The position numbers and the translations under genes were made by a program. The notes beneath the pieces were generated by a model. The model searched no databases. It had not been told where the DNA came from and was given only the letters and a program-made list of their open reading frames with translations. This document shows, one piece after another, positions 17,724-24,000 of a DNA stretch of 24,000 nt; positions within the stretch are counted from its first letter, which is position 1, and each line of letters begins with the position of its first letter. The stretch is from Clostridium isatidis (GTDB taxonomy: Bacteria; Bacillota; Clostridia; Clostridiales; Clostridiaceae), in NCBI RefSeq assembly GCF_002285495.1, contig NZ_CP016786.1, positions 1,744,420 to 1,768,419 of the forward strand. Reading direction: 5' to 3'.

Positions 17724-18473
17724 CTAAATTGCTGCCTTCTTAAATGCTTCATATCCATCTTGTTCAATTTGTTCAGCAAGGCTTGCGTCTCCAGTTTTAA
17801 CAATTCTTCCATCAACTAAAACATGAACGTAATCAGCTTTTAAGTTTTCTAATATCTTTGTATTGTGAGTAATTATTAATACTGCATTATTTTCATTTGA
17901 GTACATTTTAATACCTTGAGAAACAATTCTTATAGCATCTACGTCTAGTCCAGAATCTGTTTCATCTAGTATCGCTAGTTTAGGGTTTAACATAAGCATT
18001 TGAAGAATTTCGTTTTTCTTCTTTTCTCCTCCTGAGAAACCTACATTTAAATATCTCTTTGCATATTCTGGTTTCATTTTTAATTCTTTCATATTATTCT
18101 TTAAGTCTTTATCAAACTTTAAGAACTTGATTAATTGACCATCTATAGCAATTTTAGAACTTCTTATAAAGTTCTCAACAGTTATGCCAGGTACTTCTTC
18201 TGGATGTTGGAAAGATAAGAATAAGCCCTTTCTTGCTCTTTCATCTGTTTTTAATTCTGATATATCTTCACCTTCGAAAACTACTTCTCCAGATATTACC
18301 TTATATTTTGGATGAGCCATTAATGTGTTAGCTAGAGTTGATTTACCTGCTCCATTAGGACCCATTATTACATGAATTTCACCTTTTTTTATTTGTAAGT
18401 CTAATCCCTTTAGGATTTCTTTTCCTTCAACCTCTGTTCTTAACCCACTTATATTTAATAATACTTCGCTCAT
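17724..18473 (-). CDS. sufC: Fe-S cluster assembly ATPase SufC
   Basis: Walker A GPNGAGKST, signature FSGGEKKKNEIL, Walker B LAILDETDSGLD. I place the start at ATG 18473 (MSEVLLNISGL...) behind SD AAGGAG. The 13-codon extension in the track ORF has no RBS. Confidence 0.95.
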   Translation of the reverse strand: MSEVLLNISGLRTEVEGKEILKGLDLQIKKGEIHVIMGPNGAGKSTLANTLMAHPKYKVISGEVVFEGEDISELKTDERARKGLFLSFQHPEEVPGITVENFIRSSKIAIDGQLIKFLKFDKDLKNNMKELKMKPEYAKRYLNVGFSGGEKKKNEILQMLMLNPKLAILDETDSGLDVDAIRIVSQGIKMYSNENNAVLIITHNTKILENLKADYVHVLVDGRIVKTGDASLAEQIEQDGYEAFKKAAI

Positions 18474-18526
18474 TTTTACATCTCCTTGTTTATATAATCC
18501 ATACAATTTCACTCTGATTTAATTAT

Positions 18527-18555
18527 ATCATACTAAATAACTCGTATTTAATCAA
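18527..18555 (-). promoter_or_regulatory. Candidate sigma-A promoter for the suf operon
   Basis: The minus strand reads TTGATT (18555-18550), a 17-nt spacer, then TATGAT (18532-18527), with ATATAAT immediately after. It lies about 55 nt upstream of the sufC ATG. Confidence 0.4.
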
Positions 18556-18635
18556 ATATATTTTTTATAAATATAGGCTGTATGTATTTATTTTCACATA
18601 GTAGCTTTTAATAGCTATTTATTTCTTATGAAAAT

Positions 18636-18713
18636 GATAGGATTTTACATATTTACGAGTAATCCTATCAATTATTGTGTAATGTAGAATTTTCAAGGTT
18701 CATTCTACATTAC
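18636..18713 (-). terminator. Two hairpins downstream of the GNAT gene (weak terminator candidates)
   Basis: GTAATGTAGAAT / ATTCTACATTAC (18679-18713, abutting the TAG stop) and GATAGGATT / AATCCTATC (18636-18669). The second is followed by AUUUUCAU on the minus strand. Neither has a strong U-tract. Confidence 0.4.
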
Positions 18714-19261
18714 TATCTTAGTTCTTTAGAAAGAATGTATCTCCTTAACCCTCCGTATTTTAGCTTATCTTTTTTTATTTTATAACCTGAATTTAAAAAT
18801 GTGTTTAGACTATATTTATTATAAGGTGATACTGTTGCTGCAAGAAGCTCCATTCCATCTTCTCTTGCAATTTCCTCTATTCTCTCGCATATTATCCTCT
18901 GTAATCTGTTACCCCTATACTCTTCCTTAACAACTGTTGTCTCAATTTGGGCAGTTTTTAAAAGTATTTCTCCTTCTAAGGCTAAATCATAAGCATAATT
19001 TTCCTTATCATATCCCTTTTTTAAATAAACCCCCATCGCTATTAAATTATCTTCTTCATCTAAACACCCTATTACTTTTCCCCTTTCAAAGGATTTTATA
19101 AATTCCTCCCTATCTGTCTTTGCAAATAACTGCTTATCTTCTAATCCCTTATATATTTCTTCCTGCAGTTCCATAATTTTATCTAAATATGATAGATCCA
19201 ATTCCTTAAAAAAAGCATCTATAATTTTACCACTTCTATTTTTAATTCTTAATTTAGTCAT
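18713..19261 (-). CDS. GNAT-family N-acetyltransferase
   Basis: 182 aa with GNAT motif A context (IETTVVKEEYRGNRLQRIICERIEEIA) and a downstream motif B-like region (SPYNKYSLNTFLNSGYK). SD AAGGGGTG is 8 nt upstream. Confidence 0.8.
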   Translation of the reverse strand: MTKLRIKNRSGKIIDAFFKELDLSYLDKIMELQEEIYKGLEDKQLFAKTDREEFIKSFERGKVIGCLDEEDNLIAMGVYLKKGYDKENYAYDLALEGEILLKTAQIETTVVKEEYRGNRLQRIICERIEEIAREDGMELLAATVSPYNKYSLNTFLNSGYKIKKDKLKYGGLRRYILSKELR

Positions 19262-19277
19262 AATACATCACCCCTTT

Positions 19278-19357
19278 AATTCAGTGTGGAGTTTTGAGTT
19301 TGGAGTGGGGAGTGTGGAATTCAGTGTGGAGTTTTGAGTTTGGAGTGCTGAGTGGGG
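19278..19357. repeat. Left arm: 2 x 40-nt direct repeat built from GAGTnnn heptamers (C-poor on + strand)
   Basis: 19278-19307 and 19318-19347 are identical (AATTCAGTGTGGAGTTTTGAGTTTGGAGTG). The last 10 nt of each copy diverge (GGGAGTGTGG vs CTGAGTGGGG). The copy junction creates GAATTC. Only 3 C in 19275-19368. Confidence 0.9.
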
Positions 19358-19380
19358 AGTTGTTTGGGCTGGACAAGCTA

Positions 19381-19560
19381 ACTGATAACTACTAACTCAA
19401 AACCCAACTCCAAACTCCTAACTTCTAACTTCTAACTACTAACTCCACACTCCTAACTACTAACTCCACACTCCTAACTCCTAACCCCTAACTCCACACT
19501 TCTAACTACTAACTCCTAACTCCTAACTCCTAACTCCTAACCCCTAACTCCTAACTGTTT
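19381..19560. repeat. Right arm: about 25 tandem ACTCCTA-type heptamers (22 in unbroken phase, G-free on + strand)
   Basis: Hand parsing gives units starting at 19381, 19388 and 19395 (the last an irregular 12-mer). From 19407 they recur every 7 nt to 19560: 9 ACTCCTA, 3 ACTTCTA, 3 ACTACTA, 3 ACTCCAC, 2 ACCCCTA, 1 ACTCCAA, 1 ACTGTTT. There is a perfect 4x run at 19512-19539 and a perfect 2 x 21-nt repeat at 19435-19476. No G occurs from 19385 to 19556. Confidence 0.9.
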
Positions 19561-20145
19561 CTAACTATTTATAAAGTTGCTTATTGCAAGGTATGCCTTA
19601 ACATCAATCTTCTGTCCTGATTTTAATATTTCTCTTCCCTCTTCCTTAGTAATTAATTTTACTTCTATTTCTTCATCTGCTTCTAAATTTTCCAAGGATA
19701 CTTTTCCTTTGCAATTACAGCTAACCAAAGCAAAAGACTCATCTGTCATTCCCACTGAAGCATAGGTTTTTTCAATTGTCTTATTATAATCTATGTTAAC
19801 TAAATCTAATCCAGTTTCTTCTTTTAATTCTCTTTTAACTGCTTCCTCAAAAGTTTCATTTCCATCAATTAAACCTGCTGGAAGCTCTATAACAAAATCA
19901 TTAAGAGGAACTCTAAATTGCTTTATTATTACTAACTTATTTTCTTCTATATGTCTAGGAATTATTACAACCGCATCTATTTTATCTTTTTTCCCTTGAA
20001 AGAATTTATCATCTATCTCTTGTTTATTTTTTCTAGAAGCTATTGTCCACTTCTTATTTTCTCCAAGCTTATTAATATACTCTGCTTCATATAAGTTTAA
20101 AAATTTAGTTTGAGCTAGAGTATTGATTTTAGTTATTTTTCCCAT
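19561..20145 (-). CDS. NUDIX hydrolase, ADP-ribose pyrophosphatase-like
   Basis: 194 aa with a canonical Nudix box GLIDGNETFEEAVKRELKEETGL (GX5EX7REUXEEXGU). The N-terminal beta region is typical of ADP-sugar pyrophosphatases. Confidence 0.85.
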   Translation of the reverse strand: MGKITKINTLAQTKFLNLYEAEYINKLGENKKWTIASRKNKQEIDDKFFQGKKDKIDAVVIIPRHIEENKLVIIKQFRVPLNDFVIELPAGLIDGNETFEEAVKRELKEETGLDLVNIDYNKTIEKTYASVGMTDESFALVSCNCKGKVSLENLEADEEIEVKLITKEEGREILKSGQKIDVKAYLAISNFINS

Positions 20146-20198
20146 AAAATCACTCCAATGTCTACTATTTTATTCAATTTTTATTATACAATATATTA

Positions 20199-20227
20199 TT
20201 GTAATAAGCTTCTAAAATATGTATAAT
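20199..20227 (+). promoter_or_regulatory. Candidate sigma-A promoter for the AI-2E transporter gene
   Basis: TTGTAA (20199-20204), a 17-nt spacer, then TATAAT (20222-20227), about 30 nt upstream of the start codon. Confidence 0.4.
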
Positions 20228-20258
20228 ATTTCTAATAAAAATAAAAGGATGTGAAACT

Positions 20259-21410
20259 TTGAAAGAAATAGACGAAAAATTTAAGAAAAATTTATTATTA
20301 GGAACATTATTGATATCAATATATTTTATATTTTCAAACTTAGGTTATTTTTTAAAAGGCTTTAATGTTTTTATACAAATAATCAATCCATTTTTAGTTG
20401 GTTTTGCAATTGCCTTTGTATTAAATATCCCTATGAATTTTTTTGAACTAAATGTTTTTTCTTTTTTAGATACCAAAAAATATATTAAATATAGAAACTT
20501 CAAAAGACCATTGTCAATATTAGCTACTTTTCTAACAGTAATAGGTCTAATTACTGCACTAGCATTATTTGTTATTCCACAATTAACTTCTAGTGTTTCC
20601 ACATTACTTAAAACTATTCCTGGACACATGAGTTCTTTTGAAAGACTAATTTCTCAATATATAAATGATACTGAAATTTCTAAAGAAGTTTTACAAAAAG
20701 TTTCTTCAACAATTATGGCTGCATGGAAAGACTTATTCACTGTTGGCGGAGAAATTATTTCTAATTCTTTATCTAGTATTTTAAATACCACAATGAACAT
20801 AACTAGCGGCTTAATAAATTTTATTTTATCAGTAATTCTTTCAATTTATATGTTATCTAGCAAAGAAACATTAATTCATCAACTAAGGAAAATAATTTAT
20901 GCCTTTTTACCTAAAAAAGCTGCTGATAAACTTATTTATATAGGGAATTTAAGTAATATTACCTTTTCAAAATTTATTTCTGGCCAATGCGTAGAAGCTG
21001 TTATTTTAGGTACTTTATGTTTTATTGGAATGCTAATATTAAGAATGCCTTATGCATTATTAATAAGTGTATTGATTGCTGTTACAGCTTTAATACCGGT
21101 ATTTGGGGCCTTCATTGGAACAATACCTGCTGTTTTCTTAATTCTTTTAATAAGTCCTATAAAAGCCTTATGGTTTATTATCTTTATACTATTTCTTCAA
21201 CAATTTGAGGGAAATATCATCTATCCTAAAGTAGTTGGAAACTCTGTTGGTCTTTCAGCCCTATGGGTTATGATGGCCATGTTAGTTGGAGGAAGCACCT
21301 TAGGAATATTAGGAATGCTTATTGGTATTCCAATCTTTAGCGTTTTATATCAGCTATTAAAAGAAAAGACCAATAAGAAACTAAAAATGAAAGAAATTGA
21401 AATTGAATAA
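20259..21410 (+). CDS. AI-2E family transporter (PerM/YhhT-like, UPF0118)
   Basis: 383-aa polytopic ORF with the family's conserved C-terminal core (LIPVFGAFIGTIPAVFLILL...LQQFEGNIIYPKVVGNSVGLSALWVMMAMLVGG). It starts at TTG 20259 about 9 nt after AAGGA. Upstream in-frame ATG/GTG alternatives hit stops. Confidence 0.85.
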   Translation: MKEIDEKFKKNLLLGTLLISIYFIFSNLGYFLKGFNVFIQIINPFLVGFAIAFVLNIPMNFFELNVFSFLDTKKYIKYRNFKRPLSILATFLTVIGLITALALFVIPQLTSSVSTLLKTIPGHMSSFERLISQYINDTEISKEVLQKVSSTIMAAWKDLFTVGGEIISNSLSSILNTTMNITSGLINFILSVILSIYMLSSKETLIHQLRKIIYAFLPKKAADKLIYIGNLSNITFSKFISGQCVEAVILGTLCFIGMLILRMPYALLISVLIAVTALIPVFGAFIGTIPAVFLILLISPIKALWFIIFILFLQQFEGNIIYPKVVGNSVGLSALWVMMAMLVGGSTLGILGMLIGIPIFSVLYQLLKEKTNKKLKMKEIEIE

Positions 21411-21413
21411 GAA

Positions 21414-21445
21414 AAAAAGGCTAATCCTCTTGGATTAGCCTTTTT
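21414..21445. terminator. Bidirectional rho-independent terminator (AI-2E gene / oxidoreductase convergent pair)
   Basis: 14-bp stem AAAAAGGCTAATCC / GGATTAGCCTTTTT with loop TCTT. A-run and T-run flanks allow function on both strands. Confidence 0.8.
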
Positions 21446-21468
21446 AATATATTTGTATCTCAATACTC

Positions 21469-22377
21469 TTAATTCCCCTTAGTTATCCTATCTAATATCG
21501 CCTCACAAAGCCTATGAGTTTCTAAAGCATCTTCTAGACTTATTGATGGCTCCCTGTTTTCTTTTACTGAATTAATAAATTCATCAATAATTGGCTCAAA
21601 ACCTCTTCTATATAAAATTCTATCCCAATCATTAAATTCTTTTATTTCCTTTTTATTATTCTTGTATATTTTAGAAGTCATTAAATTTTCAACGATTACT
21701 TTAGTTCCAGAGGAAATATATTCCACATTTTCTTCATTGTAACCGCTATCTCTATTCATCATAGCAATAGCAGTAGAATTATTTGTCTTTAGAGTAACAA
21801 CTATATTATATAACAAATTATCCTTCATTAAGAAATTTAGCTCAAAATCTTCTATTTTATCTCTTAGTAAAAATCTTGTAGTATCAAGAACATGTATAAA
21901 GTCATCTAAAATAATAATTTTAGCTTCTTTAGGACTAAATACTCTGTTTTTTTCTACTTTAATAGTGGTTGGAATATCCTGTTCTATAAGATTTTTATAC
22001 ATTGGAGCAAACCTTCTATTAAAGCCCACCATTAATATTTTATTTTTCTCTTTTGCTAGATTATAAGCTCTTACACTTTCCTCATAAGAATAACTAATAG
22101 GCTTATCAACATAAACATTAATTCCAGCCTTCAATAACTTTTCTATTATTGAAAAATGACTTTCTGTAGAGCTATGCACAAAAGCAGCATCTATATCCTT
22201 GTCTAAAAGCTCATCTACATTTGTATAAGCTTCATTTATTCTATATTTTTTGGCTAATTTATCTAGTTTTTCCTTGTTTCTTGTGCAAAAGACAAGCTCA
22301 ATATCTTCTTTTGATGTAATATATGGAAGATATGCTTTAGTACATATATTTCCAAGTCCAATAATTGCAATTCTCAT
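21469..22377 (-). CDS. Gfo/Idh/MocA-family NAD(P)-dependent oxidoreductase
   Basis: N-terminal Rossmann fingerprint MRIAIIGLGNICTKAYLPYI, then VDKPI and a C-terminal alpha/beta domain. The true start is probably ATG 22377, 6 nt after SD GAGGTG. The track's GTG at 22386 lies inside that SD. Confidence 0.85.
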   Translation of the reverse strand: MRIAIIGLGNICTKAYLPYITSKEDIELVFCTRNKEKLDKLAKKYRINEAYTNVDELLDKDIDAAFVHSSTESHFSIIEKLLKAGINVYVDKPISYSYEESVRAYNLAKEKNKILMVGFNRRFAPMYKNLIEQDIPTTIKVEKNRVFSPKEAKIIILDDFIHVLDTTRFLLRDKIEDFELNFLMKDNLLYNIVVTLKTNNSTAIAMMNRDSGYNEENVEYISSGTKVIVENLMTSKIYKNNKKEIKEFNDWDRILYRRGFEPIIDEFINSVKENREPSISLEDALETHRLCEAILDRITKGN

Positions 22378-22399
22378 AAAATCCACCTCACACCCTTAT

Positions 22400-24000
22400 T
22401 TACATAAGGCTATCAAATTTTTCGCTATTTTCTTTTATAACTTCTATAAAGGCATTACTTAATTCTGGATCAAACTGTGCACCTGAACATCTTTTTAATT
22501 CTTCAATTGCCTCTTCATAAGTTTTTCTCTTATTATATGGTCTATTTGATGTCATTGCATCAAAACTATCAACAATGCATAAAATTCTTGCTAAAAACGG
22601 TATTTCCTCTCCTTTTAATCCATAAGGATAACCTTTTCCATCGTATCTTTCATGATGATGAAGTATTATTGGCATCGCTCCTGATAGACTATCTATAGTC
22701 TTTATTATTTCAACTCCATTTTCAGGATGCTGCTTAAGCATTTCCCACTCTTCATTTGTTAAAGGCATCTTCTTCATAAGAACTTCCTTAGGGATATTAA
22801 TTTTACCAATATCATGCATATATGCACCATAAATTAAGTTTTCTTTATCTTTTTTACTTAAATTTAATTTATTAGCCATTAAACGACTGTATAAAACAAC
22901 CCTTTCTGAATGACCATATGTATATCTATCTTTAGCATTAATCACGCTAATCAAGGTTTTTACTGAAGATACTAACTCTATGTCTTTATCTTCTATGTCC
23001 TTTTCTAATTCTTCTAATATAGATTTATATCTTTCAACTCTGTTCTTATTAAAGAATTTCGCCCTATATAAAGCATCATCAGCACTCTTTAATAATTGCA
23101 CTTCATCTTTAGCCCTATCAGGGAAAACAGAAACTCCTGCAGAAATTGTTAATACTTTATTAGGTTGATTTTCCTCACCATAGAAGCTTTCTTTTTCAAC
23201 TGTTTCTCTTATTTTATTTGCTATTTTTATAGCGTCCTCTTCATTAGTTTCTGGTAAAATTATAGCAAACTCTTCTCCTCCATATCTAGCAGCAAAATCA
23301 TCATCCCTAATATTTGCTTTTACAATTTCTCCAATGGTTTTTAAAACTTCGTCACCCTTTTGATGGCCATTTAAGTCATTATAATGTTTAAAATAGTCTA
23401 TATCAAAAAAAATCATTGAAACTGGCTTTTTAGTTTTTTTTGATAATAATATTGTCTTCTTTAATTTTTCCTGAAAAGATCTATGATTATACAAACCAGT
23501 TAAAGCATCTAAATTAATTAATTCTTCTAATTGTTTAATATGTTCTCCTTCTACTTTTACATAAAAACCCAAAATCCAGGCAGTTAACAAAAATATTCCG
23601 GATAAAATTATATCATTTTGAAAGTATGTATTTACTTCCTGATTCGATCCAGAAATTAAATCAAGAAATAATATTAAACATGAACTTATACTTGCTATAG
23701 TCAATCCTGTTTTTAAACCTTCTTCAATTGTTACACTACATATTATAAATAAAAATAATATTTTATATGGACTTTGGTATCCACCAGTTACGTTAATTGC
23801 ATAAAAGAATATAGCTATAAAAATTACGTTTTCAATCCAATTACCATATTTTAAATCTCTTTTACTGAATTTTTTAATTGAAAATGTCCATAAAAAATAA
23901 ATAAGAAATAAGCCTAATCCCGTAACATAAATTAAAATTGAAGTAGTTTGAGTATAAAACAAGCCTAAATTCACATTTTTGCCATCAAAAATATACCAAA
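22400..24000 (-). CDS. Membrane-anchored GGDEF diguanylate cyclase fused to HD-GYP phosphodiesterase (5' end probably outside window)
   Basis: Multi-TM N-terminus. The GGDEF domain has an intact GGEEF motif and an RxxD I-site five residues upstream (IRDDDFAARYGGEEF). The HD-GYP domain has HSERV..., YMHDIGKINIP and HHHERYDGKGYPYGL. The track start (23974) is a GTG without an SD, and the frame stays open (..WYIFDGKN-V-NLGLF) to position 24000. Confidence 0.88.
   Translation of the reverse strand, partial: WYIFDGKNVNLGLFYTQTTSILIYVTGLGLFLIYFLWTFSIKKFSKRDLKYGNWIENVIFIAIFFYAINVTGGYQSPYKILFLFIICSVTIEEGLKTGLTIASISSCLILFLDLISGSNQEVNTYFQNDIILSGIFLLTAWILGFYVKVEGEHIKQLEELINLDALTGLYNHRSFQEKLKKTILLSKKTKKPVSMIFFDIDYFKHYNDLNGHQKGDEVLKTIGEIVKANIRDDDFAARYGGEEFAIILPETNEEDAIKIANKIRETVEKESFYGEENQPNKVLTISAGVSVFPDRAKDEVQLLKSADDALYRAKFFNKNRVERYKSILEELEKDIEDKDIELVSSVKTLISVINAKDRYTYGHSERVVLYSRLMANKLNLSKKDKENLIYGAYMHDIGKINIPKEVLMKKMPLTNEEWEMLKQHPENGVEIIKTIDSLSGAMPIILHHHERYDGKGYPYGLKGEEIPFLARILCIVDSFDAMTSNRPYNKRKTYEEAIEELKRCSGAQFDPELSNAFIEVIKENSEKFDSLM

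Noticed and set aside
19278-19560. Repeat array as a CRISPR array, telomere-like (CCCTAA/TTAGGG-like) tract or G-quadruplex element
   Set aside because: The units are 7 nt with no unique spacers, so it is not CRISPR. The resemblance to telomeric CCCTAA is partial (ACCCCTA occurs only twice) and the replicon context is an ordinary bacterial chromosome. G-runs on the minus strand are mostly GG, too short for a convincing G4.
19262-19560. Hidden small ORF or C-terminal read-through extension of the NUDIX gene inside the repeats
   Set aside because: The 7-nt period places TAG/TAA in every frame about every 21 nt on both strands. There is no ATG in the region.
18713-20145. GNAT + NUDIX as a toxin-antitoxin or anti-phage defence pair
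   Set aside because: There is no small antitoxin-like (RHH/HTH) partner ORF. The genes are separated by 299 bp of repeat. The NUDIX protein looks like a housekeeping ADP-ribose pyrophosphatase, and the GNAT sits next to the suf operon. No mobile or defence-island context is present.
247-23168. Short ORFs antisense to, or out of frame within, confident genes (247-459, 2254-2469, 2603-2824, 2656-2916, 4791-4985, 7478-7672, 9221-9436, 10901-11104, 11027-11230, 12643-13023, 15350-15607, 16121-16330, 19577-19765, 19793-19999, 20345-20629, 20987-21208, 22250-22462, 22477-22698, 22980-23168)
   Set aside because: All lie inside longer ORFs with clear family signatures, most on the opposite strand and two (10901-11104, 20987-21208) in another frame of the same strand. 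They have low-complexity Ser/Leu/Phe/Ile-rich translations typical of such frames in AT-rich DNA, and they lack SD sequences.
1-24000. Mobile elements, prophage remnants, tRNA/rRNA genes, riboswitch-like leaders
   Set aside because: No transposase, integrase or recombinase-like ORF is present. There are no long terminal inverted repeats apart from the heptamer element. No GC-rich structured segments fit tRNA or rRNA. Intergenic leaders are short and AT-rich, without recognisable riboswitch cores.

Overview
AT-rich, Clostridium-like (low-GC Firmicute) chromosomal window, mostly transcribed on the minus strand. It looks like ordinary core genome. I found no transposase, integrase, phage, CRISPR, tRNA or rRNA signal, and no convincing multi-gene defence or novel system. 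Gene content in coordinate order: a YesM-like histidine kinase (partial) with a YesN-like REC-AraC response regulator; an mglB-mglA-mglC galactose/glucose ABC transporter plus an unlisted 58-aa membrane ORF; a lemA/TPM-domain pair; zupT; a TIGR02206-type membrane protein; an odd acidic, GxxxG-repeat protein and a 76-aa orphan; a CNNM/CorC-type transporter; a sufC-B-D-S-U Fe-S assembly operon; a GNAT acetyltransferase; a NUDIX hydrolase; an AI-2E family transporter; a Gfo/Idh/MocA oxidoreductase; and a membrane GGDEF + HD-GYP c-di-GMP protein whose frame is still open at the window end. Two items stand out. (1) The whole ~300-bp NUDIX-GNAT intergenic region (19278-19570) is a strand-asymmetric inverted array of heptamer repeats. 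It includes 22 in-phase ACTCCTA-type units and 172 nt with no G on the + strand. (2) The 261-aa protein at 10818-11603 has an Asp/Glu/Tyr N-terminus, about 26 consecutive GxxxG units and a Lys-rich tail. Function is unknown for both, and every functional reading below is inference. Hand-derived coordinates for non-ORF features may be off by 1-2 nt.
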